Of a stretch of 58,732 nt of DNA, positions 30,224 to 38,595 are shown piece after piece. The notes under the pieces were generated by a model. The model was not told the DNA's origin. It did not search any database and saw nothing but the letters and a program-made list of their open reading frames with translations. Positions within the stretch are counted from its first letter, which is position 1, and each line of letters opens with the position of its first letter. The translations under genes and the position numbers were made by a program. Source of the DNA: Candidatus Cryosericum sp. (GTDB taxonomy: Bacteria > Caldisericota > Caldisericia > Cryosericales > Cryosericaceae); the NCBI GenBank assembly GCA_035369785.1, contig DAOOUZ010000001.1:1-58732 (forward strand), given 5' to 3'.

Positions 30224-31000
30224 ATGGCTCATGCGTTGTTTGATGGCGAATACAAGTACCACATCAAGGTGCGGCAGGGGGAGGTCGGAAGGTACGTGCT
30301 GCTTCCAGGCGACCCTGGTCGATGCGAGCTCATTGCGCGGGCTTTCGACAATCCCGTGAAAGTTGCGCAGAACCGGGAGTACGTGACCTACAGTGGGACT
30401 CTTCTGGGAGAGCGAGTTTCGGTGACATCCACGGGGATTGGAGGGCCATCCACGGCGATCGCTGTCGAGGAACTCTCGATGGTTGGTGCCGACACGTTCA
30501 TTCGCGTTGGAACGTCTGGCGCGATGCAGCCCGGCATGAGCGTCGGCGACCTTGCCATCGTTACGGCGGCCATCCGGGACGAGGGAACAAGCCGGCAGTA
30601 CCTGCCTGTGGAGTTTCCGGCGGTTGCTGACATGGGCGTAACACTGGCCCTCAAAACGGCGGCCGCAAGCCTCGGGTATCCCCTTCACTTAGGCATCACG
30701 CAGTCGAAGGACTCATTCTACGGCGAGATAAGCCCTGACCGACAGCCCGTGGGTGAAGAGCTCAAGGCACGGCGGCGGGCGTGGATTGCGGGCGGGGCGA
30801 TCTGTTCTGAGATGGAATCATCGACGCTGTTTGTTATTGCCAGCATCCTCAGGCGCAGGGCGGGCGGTGTGATGCTGATTGTGAACAATGATGAGGTACT
30901 GGAGGAAGGGCAGCCGCACGAGCCTCCACTGGAGAGGCTTGTGCTGACCGGCGTGGAAGCGCTCAAGCTACTCATACGACAGGATCGTGCATCTGCGTAG
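30224..31000 (+). CDS. udp: Uridine phosphorylase
   Basis: LLPGDPGR, NREY, STGIGGPS, RVGTSG, RDEGTS, KDSFYG, SEME. Confidence 0.93.
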   Translation: MAHALFDGEYKYHIKVRQGEVGRYVLLPGDPGRCELIARAFDNPVKVAQNREYVTYSGTLLGERVSVTSTGIGGPSTAIAVEELSMVGADTFIRVGTSGAMQPGMSVGDLAIVTAAIRDEGTSRQYLPVEFPAVADMGVTLALKTAAASLGYPLHLGITQSKDSFYGEISPDRQPVGEELKARRRAWIAGGAICSEMESSTLFVIASILRRRAGGVMLIVNNDEVLEEGQPHEPPLERLVLTGVEALKLLIRQDRASA

Positions 31001-31097
31001 GGCCAAGTCGAAGTCGGTTGTCCAGGTCTTCATCCTCTTGCCTTGATAGCCGGTTGAGCATAGGCTGTACCTAGCGGACTACTAGAGTGGAGGAGCC

Positions 31098-31478
31098 ATG
31101 TATCTTCTGGTCATTATCACGACGCAGGAGGATAGGACCTACGAGTATCTGAGGCTGCTGCCTGCAGTAGGAGTACGAGGCGCCACCGTCATTGACGGGA
31201 AAGGGATGGGGCGCATTCTTCAGGACCATGACACCGTTTACACGTCCCTCGAACAGGTCCTCAGCGCAAGCATCGACCTGAAGGACAACGTTGTTATTCT
31301 CTCACTGCTGGAGGGTGGCGAATCCCTTGGGGCTGCTCGAAAGTTGGCTCATCGGGTCTTCGGAGACTTCTCGAGGCCAAATACCGGAGTCATGTTCGTC
31401 CTGCCCATCACAGATGCAGAAGGGCTTGCCGGAGGGTCGAAGGAAACGCAGAGTCCTCCGTCGTCGAGGGTGTCCTGA
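31098..31478 (+). CDS. P-II-like small protein
   Basis: GVRGATVIDGKGMG and PNTGVMFVLPI...GL fit the P-II superfamily. Confidence 0.7.
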   Translation: MYLLVIITTQEDRTYEYLRLLPAVGVRGATVIDGKGMGRILQDHDTVYTSLEQVLSASIDLKDNVVILSLLEGGESLGAARKLAHRVFGDFSRPNTGVMFVLPITDAEGLAGGSKETQSPPSSRVS

Positions 31479-31505
31479 TCTGAACGACTTGCTGTTGTGT
31501 GTTGC

Positions 31506-31730
31506 TCAGCCGCCACCTAGAAAGGGCATGACGAACAGAGTATCGCCGTCATGCAAGACCGTATCGTACGGGACTCGCTGTCCATTGACAAGAACGAAGC
31601 CCGCCCGCGTGGCGTCGACACCGAGAATGGCCAGCACACCGTCTACAGTCATGCCGTCACGCACATTCACCGACTGAGGGTCACCGGTCTGTTCGGCAAC
31701 AATCGGGTGCAGGTTCAGTAGGACGGTCAC
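31506..31730 (-). CDS. MoaD/ThiS family sulfur-carrier (beta-grasp) protein
   Basis: 74 aa from GTG; LVNGQ...L.DGD.L..MP.LGGG C-terminus. Confidence 0.85.
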   Translation of the reverse strand: MTVLLNLHPIVAEQTGDPQSVNVRDGMTVDGVLAILGVDATRAGFVLVNGQRVPYDTVLHDGDTLFVMPFLGGG

Positions 31731-31740
31731 GGGAGCGCCC

Positions 31741-33174
31741 TCAACAGTCGTAGTACAGCTCGAATTCCTTGGGGTGCGGCAGTCGACGAAGCACCTCTTC
31801 CTCATGTTGGAGTTTGTAGTGGCAGAATATGTCGACAAAAGAGGCAGGGAAGACGCCGGCTCCCGTCAGGAATCCGTTGTCCTGTCGCAGAGCGGCGAAT
31901 GCTTCAGCAAGCGACGTAGGCAGCACGGGGATTTCGGCGATGAGATCTCGAGGAAGCTGCTCAATGTCGCCCGTATACGGGCCCAAATGCAGTGGCACAG
32001 GGTCAAGCCTGCGTTCGATTCCGTCCATTCCTGCGAGGAGCATTGCGCTCATGGCGAGGTAGACGTTTGTCGTGGCGTCCGGCGGTCTGAACTCTATGCG
32101 CTTTTCTTCTGGCGTGTCGGCATAGATAGGAACTCGCACGGCAGCCGTACGGTTGCCAAGGGAGAAGAACGCCCGGACGGGAGCTTCAAATCCCGGGACG
32201 AGCCTCTTGTAACTGATTGTCGACGGGTTGGTGATGCCCAGCAGGGCAGACGCATGGCTGAGAATCCCGGCAATGTAGGAAACCGCAACGCTCGATAAGT
32301 CATAGGGCTCTGCCCCTGCCTCGTAAAACGTGGGCTGCCCGTTTCTAGTAAGGTATTGGTGGAAGTGCATGCCGGTTCCTGCCTGGCCGGCAAGAGGTTT
32401 TGGCATGAACGTCGCGGTCATGCCCATTTGGAGAGCGAGGTTCTTTGCGAAGTACTTGATTGCCTGTGATGCATCTCCCATTGCCCGCAGCGTACGAGGC
32501 ATGACCTCGAGCTCAACCTGTCCGTTTTCGCCGCCCTCATGGTGGTGATAGCGGATGGATATGCCCACAGCTTCGAGCATCTGCACCAGCGTACTGCGGT
32601 AGTCGGCAAGGCGGTCAAGGGGTCTCTCCGCGTGGTAGCCGCGACCGTGCCGGATCGAGTATCCCTGAAGGCCCATGTCTTCGCAGTGCGGAGCCGCACC
32701 TGACTCTGCACTCCTGACCGCGAAAAACGCTCCTGTCTCGGACGAGCCAAAGTCAGTAGTCTGAAAGACATAGAACTCGAACTCCGGCGCAAACCAAGCA
32801 GTATCGGCATAAGGCTTTGATGCCAGCACAGTCTCTGCCTGGTCTGCGATGAAACGGGGGTCAAGGGCAAACCTCTGATGGGTGCGGGGTTCCAGGATGT
32901 CGCAGAAGACCGCGACAGTTGGGACGCGGGCGAACGGATCCACAAAGGCAGATGACAAATCCGGTTGAAGCAACATGTCACTGCGCTCCACCGACGCGAA
33001 TCCGGGAATGCTCGAGCCGTCAAAGGCGACTCCCCGGGCCAGAAACGCTTCATCAAAACGTGCAAGAGGTACCGTCACGTGATGAAGCCCACCGAACAGA
33101 TCGGTAAACTTGAGGTCGACCTGGCCCGCACCAGAAGCGTCAGCAAAAGCAAGGAATTCTCTCAGCGAATTCAT
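31741..33174 (-). CDS. glnA: Type I glutamine synthetase
   Basis: FDGSSI, PEFEFY, HHHE, TFMPKP, GTGMHFH, SYKRLVPGFEAP, GNRTA.VR.P, RIEFR.PD. Confidence 0.97.
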   Translation of the reverse strand: MNSLREFLAFADASGAGQVDLKFTDLFGGLHHVTVPLARFDEAFLARGVAFDGSSIPGFASVERSDMLLQPDLSSAFVDPFARVPTVAVFCDILEPRTHQRFALDPRFIADQAETVLASKPYADTAWFAPEFEFYVFQTTDFGSSETGAFFAVRSAESGAAPHCEDMGLQGYSIRHGRGYHAERPLDRLADYRSTLVQMLEAVGISIRYHHHEGGENGQVELEVMPRTLRAMGDASQAIKYFAKNLALQMGMTATFMPKPLAGQAGTGMHFHQYLTRNGQPTFYEAGAEPYDLSSVAVSYIAGILSHASALLGITNPSTISYKRLVPGFEAPVRAFFSLGNRTAAVRVPIYADTPEEKRIEFRPPDATTNVYLAMSAMLLAGMDGIERRLDPVPLHLGPYTGDIEQLPRDLIAEIPVLPTSLAEAFAALRQDNGFLTGAGVFPASFVDIFCHYKLQHEEEVLRRLPHPKEFELYYDC

Positions 33175-33211
33175 GCGTTGTACCCTCCTCCAAGGTGGCC
33201 CCGCCGTTCTA

Positions 33212-34573
33212 TCAACGTGCCATGAGTGCTGAAGCAATGCCGTTCTGGCGTGCAATCAGTTCCGGAACGTCGACCTTCGTGAAATCGCCTTGCTCAATCA
33301 GGACTTGACCATTGACCATGCTGAAATCCACCTGCTTAGCATCGCACATGACGGGTGCGGTATAGGGGTCATGGAGACCGCCTGCGAACTCCAGGGCGTC
33401 GAGATTCCACATGATGAGGTCAGCCGCCTTGCCTGCCTCAATGCTGCCGACATCGCTCTCCATCCGCAGAACCCGCGCCCCGCCCATCGTGGCCATTCCA
33501 AGTGCCTGCCGCGCAGTCAGAGCGTCAGCCCCATATCGTACTCGTTGCAGCAGCGTAGCAAGACGAACTTCTCCGATGAACGAGTTGGTGTCGTTGCTTG
33601 CGCTTCCGTCTACCCCGATGCCAATGCGCATCGCAGTATCCTTCATTGCAGATACCGGGGCGATCCCCGAACCGAGACGCATGTTGCTGGCTGGGCAGTG
33701 GGCCATTCCGCACTCGTGCTTGGCGAGTTTCCGGATGTCTTCTTCGGAAGCCCAGACGACGTGAGCAAACCATGTGCGCGGCGTCAGCCATCCGACCTGC
33801 TCCATGTAGTCGACGGGGCGTGCGCCAAATGTCTCCAGACAGAATGCTTCTTCATCCTGTGTTTCGGCAAGGTGCGTGTGTAGCAGCACGTCTTCCTTGT
33901 TTGCAAGAGTCGCGGTATCTTTCATAAGGCGGGTTGTAACAGAGAACGGTGAGCAAGGCGCCAGGGCCACACGCGTCATAGCGTAGCGGCTTCGGTCATG
34001 GTATTGATGGATGACTCGTTCTGACTCACTCAGTATCTCATCATCGGTCTGCACCACAGTGTCGGGAGGCAAGCCTCCGTTCTTCTTGCTGAGCGACATG
34101 CTTCCTCTCGTGGGGTGAAAGCGCACACCAATGTCCCGCGCGGCCCTGACCTCGGCGTCAAACAGCGCATTATTGCCGTGAGGATACAAATAGAGGTGGT
34201 CTGTCGTCGTCGTGACGCCTGTTTTGAGCATTTCGCATATCCCTGTCTGGGCGCTCACGTATGCGGCTTCTTCATCGATGTACTTCCAGTGCTCATAGAG
34301 AAAGGTTAGCCAGTCAAACAGCTTGGCATGTTCGACCTGAGGCACGTTGCGGAAAAGCGTCTGAAAGAGATGGTGGTGGGTGTTGACGAAGCCGGGCATC
34401 ATGAGCTTATGCGCTCCTGAATAGGTACGATCCGGTTCGATGTTTGGCGGAAGGGGGCCAGTGCCGACGGAACTGATGACGTTGTCATCGATAACGACAT
34501 ACGCGTCAGTCAATTCCTCCTGGTGGCTGTTGCCGGTCATCAGGAAGGCGATGTCTCGAATCAGCGTGCGCAT
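33212..34573 (-). CDS. 8-oxoguanine deaminase-like amidohydrolase (AtzB-like)
   Basis: PGFVNTHHHLFQTL.R, RFHPTRGSMS, GGLPPD, LAPCSPFSV, HTHLAET, HCP.SNMRLGSG, GVDGSASND. Confidence 0.88.
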   Translation of the reverse strand: MRTLIRDIAFLMTGNSHQEELTDAYVVIDDNVISSVGTGPLPPNIEPDRTYSGAHKLMMPGFVNTHHHLFQTLFRNVPQVEHAKLFDWLTFLYEHWKYIDEEAAYVSAQTGICEMLKTGVTTTTDHLYLYPHGNNALFDAEVRAARDIGVRFHPTRGSMSLSKKNGGLPPDTVVQTDDEILSESERVIHQYHDRSRYAMTRVALAPCSPFSVTTRLMKDTATLANKEDVLLHTHLAETQDEEAFCLETFGARPVDYMEQVGWLTPRTWFAHVVWASEEDIRKLAKHECGMAHCPASNMRLGSGIAPVSAMKDTAMRIGIGVDGSASNDTNSFIGEVRLATLLQRVRYGADALTARQALGMATMGGARVLRMESDVGSIEAGKAADLIMWNLDALEFAGGLHDPYTAPVMCDAKQVDFSMVNGQVLIEQGDFTKVDVPELIARQNGIASALMAR

Positions 34574-34737
34574 GGGCAACCTCCATTGTCCTGTGGTATT
34601 GTACCGGTATCGCTCATGCATGCAACGCCACTGTCCGGTGCGGGCAACTCGCGCCGCGGACGGGCAGAGCGGAACTGCAGCGCGGAAGAGGACCGACGCC
34701 ACGAGAAACAGCAGGGGGAAGGTGCGTCAACCCGTGC

Positions 34738-34824
34738 TGGTGCCGAAGGAGGGAATTGAACCCACACGGGTGTTACCCCGGCAGATTTTGAGTCTGCTGC
34801 GTCTGCCAGTTCCGCCACTTCGGC
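34738..34824 (-). tRNA. tRNA-Leu(CAA)
   Basis: GCCGAAGTGGCGGAACTGGCAGACGCA GCAGA-CT CAA AA-TCTGC, long variable arm, GGTTCAATTCCC, ACCA end; 87 nt. Confidence 0.98.
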
Positions 34825-34832
34825 ACTGGCCC

Positions 34833-34860
34833 ATTATACCTGTGCCAGAGTGACTGTCAA
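34833..34860 (-). promoter_or_regulatory. Consensus sigma70 promoter of tRNA-Leu(CAA)
   Basis: TTGACA-16 nt-TATAAT on the minus strand. Confidence 0.75.
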
Positions 34861-34930
34861 ACGATGGTGTGGAGCCTGTGAAGCCAGCCTTCGTCCTATG
34901 CACGATGCGGCGAACTCATATAATGGCAGC

Positions 34931-35524
34931 ATGGATGACATGCCGAATCTCGGGGACACAATCAGCCAGGTCCTTATGGGCAGAACCGACCTGTACGAGA
35001 ACATCGTTCGATACTACGAACAATATGTGTTCTCGGTGGCGGTACGTGTGACCTTCGACCGTGACCTTGCATATGACGTCACGCAGGAGACGTTCGTGAA
35101 GCTGTACTCAAGCTTGTCACGGTTTCGTGGCAGCTCGAAGCTGTCGTCCTACCTGTATCGCATCGCAAGCAACACTGCAATCGATGCAGTTCGGAGGAAG
35201 CCCCGGTACCCTGTTGCGACTGGCGAAACCCAGGCTGACCTTCTGACCGCAGAGTCGCCCGAGACAGAGGAAGCCCGGGACGGCCCCTCGGACGAGGAGG
35301 TGCGTGATGGTGTACGCGCAGCGATGCAGAGCATGGATCCTCGTTTCAGGGCCGCGTTTTCGCTGGTGGACCTGGACGGATTGACGTATGACGAGGCGGC
35401 TGCGACTCTTGGCGTTCCGGCAGGAACCGTCAAGAGCAGGGTATTCCGGGCTCGGGAGCAGCTTCGTGAACTCCTAGCGGGAACCTTTCGCGAACCTTCC
35501 CGTCCTAAGAACGGAGAACAATGA
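34931..35524 (+). CDS. ECF RNA polymerase sigma factor
   Basis: D.TQETF.K.Y..L..F.G...YLYRIA.N, GLTYDEAA..LG.P.GTVKSR.FRAR. Confidence 0.93.
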   Translation: MDDMPNLGDTISQVLMGRTDLYENIVRYYEQYVFSVAVRVTFDRDLAYDVTQETFVKLYSSLSRFRGSSKLSSYLYRIASNTAIDAVRRKPRYPVATGETQADLLTAESPETEEARDGPSDEEVRDGVRAAMQSMDPRFRAAFSLVDLDGLTYDEAAATLGVPAGTVKSRVFRAREQLRELLAGTFREPSRPKNGEQ

Positions 35525-36174
35525 TGATGGACACTATGGGAACCGGAGAGACAAAACATACAAGCAGGGTAGACAGAGAGGTGCAGCGGCAGGCCGTCGA
35601 CCTGTTCGCCCCCATGGAGTGTTCTGTGGTGGATGCCGTCATGGGGTGCATCGATCGCACGCAATCCCGGCGCCGCCGTATTCAGAGCTTGGTGCTGGGC
35701 GTTTCTCCAATTGTGGCCGTTGCTGTTGTGCTGGTCTTGTACCTTGGCGCGGGTGTCGCACCGTGGGGTGCCAGTGAAAGTGCACCGAAGGCTTTTGTCG
35801 CGTCCGCACCGCAAGCTGGGGGACAGCGGCTGGGAGATGCGGGCGAGTGGGACATGGAGCTGACTGCGGCCTCAGTCTCTCCTGAGGTGGCATATACCGT
35901 CGATGTGCGCGGGGACAGGCCACGAAGGCAGTTGCTTGCGGGCTGGCTAATGAGCGACCACGTCGATGCGGCTCGGCAGCTGGGCGACGTGGAAACAGGG
36001 CAATCAGTTGTCGTGGAGTTGGCGCCCAATGAGGCTTCCGAGCTAGAGGCTTTCTTGAAACTGCACCAGTACGTGGTGCAGGAACAATCGGGACTTGCGC
36101 GGACTGCGGCGTGGTATTGGACTGGTCGAAGCGGAGCTGAAACAGGTCATGTAACAATACGCATCATCAGCTAG
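35521..36174 (+). CDS. Single-pass membrane protein, putative anti-sigma factor
   Basis: ATGA overlap with the sigma gene; short cytoplasmic N-terminus, RRRR, one TM helix. Confidence 0.6.
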   Translation: MMMDTMGTGETKHTSRVDREVQRQAVDLFAPMECSVVDAVMGCIDRTQSRRRRIQSLVLGVSPIVAVAVVLVLYLGAGVAPWGASESAPKAFVASAPQAGGQRLGDAGEWDMELTAASVSPEVAYTVDVRGDRPRRQLLAGWLMSDHVDAARQLGDVETGQSVVVELAPNEASELEAFLKLHQYVVQEQSGLARTAAWYWTGRSGAETGHVTIRIIS

Positions 36175-36202
36175 CAACACACACTCGTTTCCGGAGGTTT
36201 CC

Positions 36203-37090
36203 ATGCAGAAGGGCGTGCGCTTTCGGCAAGTTCTTGCTCTTGTCATTGTATGCGTTCTGACTGTGACGCTCCTGGGCGGATGCTCGAGGCAGGCCTTCCA
36301 AACACCGGCTGTTGACCAGACGAGCACGGGACGAGAGAGCGGGTTCCTGGGCAGCTCGGACAAGGCGTCCTCATCCGGCGTCACACCGACCTCAGAACAA
36401 ACGATTGTTGACCGAAAAATAGTGATGAACGCCAGCATTGGTCTCGATGTTGCAGACGCCGAGAAAACGGTGGCTGATTGCGAAAAGCTCGCTGAGAAAC
36501 TGGGTGGCTATGTGGCCGAATCGTCGTTGCGGAAATCTGATGACCGCGTGGTGGGGAGTGTCACTGTGCGCATCCCGGCCGCAACTACGGCGCAGGCCCT
36601 CCAGGAGCTTGCCGCTCTAGGAACCGTGACGAGCCGAAGCAGCGGTTCACAGGATGTTACAGCACAGTACATTGATATTGAGGCACGCTTGAAGGTTCTC
36701 CGGGCCGAGGAGGAACAGCTTCTGGGGTTTCTGAAGAAGGCGGGCACGATCAAGGACATGCTGGCTGTGCAGGAACAACTGGGAACAGTGCGCACAGAGA
36801 TCGAGCAATACGAGGGCCAGCAACGCTATCTTGACAATGCGACGTCCCTTGCGACGGTGAACGTCGAACTTGTGCAGACGGTTGCCGTTTTCGTTTCTCC
36901 CCGCGGCTTCGGAGAGGCGTTTGTGGACTCTCTGGTGCGGTTTGGACACGGACTCGCCACGTTCTGGACGTGGCTCGGTGGTGCAATCGTCTATCTTGTG
37001 TTCTACGGGCTCCTCCTGTGGGGTGGTACCTTGCTGGTGCGGAAGGTTGCCAGGCGAAGGCCAGGCAAGCCTCTGCCTCCTGCGACATGA
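36203..37090 (+). CDS. DUF4349 domain lipoprotein
   Basis: Lipobox LLGGC; RKIV..A.I.L.V, GGYV, T.RIP, DVT.QY.D..ARL, C-terminal TM. Confidence 0.85.
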   Translation: MQKGVRFRQVLALVIVCVLTVTLLGGCSRQAFQTPAVDQTSTGRESGFLGSSDKASSSGVTPTSEQTIVDRKIVMNASIGLDVADAEKTVADCEKLAEKLGGYVAESSLRKSDDRVVGSVTVRIPAATTAQALQELAALGTVTSRSSGSQDVTAQYIDIEARLKVLRAEEEQLLGFLKKAGTIKDMLAVQEQLGTVRTEIEQYEGQQRYLDNATSLATVNVELVQTVAVFVSPRGFGEAFVDSLVRFGHGLATFWTWLGGAIVYLVFYGLLLWGGTLLVRKVARRRPGKPLPPAT

Positions 37091-37115
37091 ATGGCGGCTG
37101 AAGGCTGGCGAACGT

Positions 37116-37149
37116 GGGCCGGGACGTCTGTCCCGGCCCTGCTGTTTCC
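37116..37149 (+). terminator. Hairpin after the DUF4349 gene
   Basis: GGGCCGGGAC-GTCT-GTCCCGGCCC followed by TGCTGTTTCC. Confidence 0.55.
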
Positions 37150-37220
37150 TGAGCAGGGCGCCGGGAGGCAAGTGCGGATCCGTATGTTGCGTGACGGCCC
37201 GTGGTGCGTATAGTGAAACC

Positions 37221-38594
37221 ATGGCTACAAGAAACCTCTTCGGCACGGATGGTGTCCGCGGTGTGGTGAACACCCAAATCACCTCGAGGCTTGCCTTGCT
37301 TCTGGGAACTGCGGCCTCAATGTTCTTTGATGGGCGTCGGCTGCAGGAGTCAGAACGAACGGTTGCTGTTGCCTGGGATCCCCGTGTCTCTTCTGAGATG
37401 CTGGCAGCAGCGCTGGGTGCGGGCTTTATGGAGACGGGGGTCACTGTCGACTATCTGGGGGTTGTTCCAACTCCCGGGCTGGCCCTGTTGCTGGCGAACA
37501 GTTCCAAGTATGCCGCCGGAGCAATGATTTCCGCTTCTCACAATCCTCCGGAGTACAACGGCATCAAGTTTTTTGGTGCGGGGGGCAGAAAACTCGCGGA
37601 TGCCGACGAGGAAGCCATCGAGGGCAATCTTGCGTTGTTGCAGGTGAATACGACCTGCAAGGTACGCGGCGATGAGGTGGGTGCGGCGCGCTGGGTGGAC
37701 GATGCGGGGGAACAATACCTTCGGCTCCTGGAGAGCAAGAACCCGGGGCTGAATCTCAGTGGCCTTCGCATTGTTGTTGATACCGCTCATGGTGCGACGA
37801 GCCGAACAACGCCTGTCCTGCTTCGCAGGTTTGGAGCGGACGTCATTGAAATGAACACGGATGAGGATGGCCGCCTGATCAACAGGGAGTGCGGGTCAAC
37901 GCACCCCGGGGCTGTTTCAGCCCGCGTGGTCAGCGAGGGCGCGGACCTGGGCGTTGCGCATGACGGGGACGGCGACAGGGTCATCATGGTCGATCACCTG
38001 GGGCGTCGAGTTTCGGGTGACATCATGCTCTTCATTCTGGCAACGGGACTGGCTAGTGAGCAGCGACTCACCGGCAACACCGTCGTCGGAACTGTGCTCA
38101 CTAATCTTGGGCTCGAACGGGCCCTCGAGCCGTATGGGATCAGGCTCGAGCGTACTGATGTGGGAGACAGGTACATACTGGACAGACTGCACGATGGAGG
38201 CTTCGTCCTCGGGGGCGAGGAGTCTGGCCATATCATCAACCTGTACCAGAACGTAACGGGGGATGGACTGGCTACGACGCTCATGGTTCTCTCGTATCTG
38301 AAGAAATGCGGGCATCGCCTCGCCGATGTGCTCGACACTGTCGAATTGTACCCACAGATTGCCGAAAACGTGCGTGTCAAGGACAGACAGATAGTTTCAT
38401 GCCCGACGTTTCTGAACGCGGTTGACGCTGCGCGCGCCGAACTGGGTGACACGGCCCGTCTCGTCGTCCGTCCCTCAGGAACAGAGCCTCTGGTCCGTAT
38501 CTTCCTAGAGGGTCAGGACACCGATCGCCTGAATGCGGTTGCGCAGGAACTCAGGCATATCCTGGTCTCTTCCTGCGGCCAGGGGGAGGAGTAA
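37221..38594 (+). CDS. glmM: Phosphoglucosamine mutase
   Basis: FGTDGVRG, MISASHNP, DGDGDR, GGEESGH, RPSGTEP. Confidence 0.96.
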   Translation: MATRNLFGTDGVRGVVNTQITSRLALLLGTAASMFFDGRRLQESERTVAVAWDPRVSSEMLAAALGAGFMETGVTVDYLGVVPTPGLALLLANSSKYAAGAMISASHNPPEYNGIKFFGAGGRKLADADEEAIEGNLALLQVNTTCKVRGDEVGAARWVDDAGEQYLRLLESKNPGLNLSGLRIVVDTAHGATSRTTPVLLRRFGADVIEMNTDEDGRLINRECGSTHPGAVSARVVSEGADLGVAHDGDGDRVIMVDHLGRRVSGDIMLFILATGLASEQRLTGNTVVGTVLTNLGLERALEPYGIRLERTDVGDRYILDRLHDGGFVLGGEESGHIINLYQNVTGDGLATTLMVLSYLKKCGHRLADVLDTVELYPQIAENVRVKDRQIVSCPTFLNAVDAARAELGDTARLVVRPSGTEPLVRIFLEGQDTDRLNAVAQELRHILVSSCGQGEE

Positions 38595-38595
38595 C

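Noticed and set aside
34574-34737. Purine riboswitch before the deaminase
   Set aside because: No aptamer consensus; a TTGCAT-16-TACAAT promoter lies close to the start codon.
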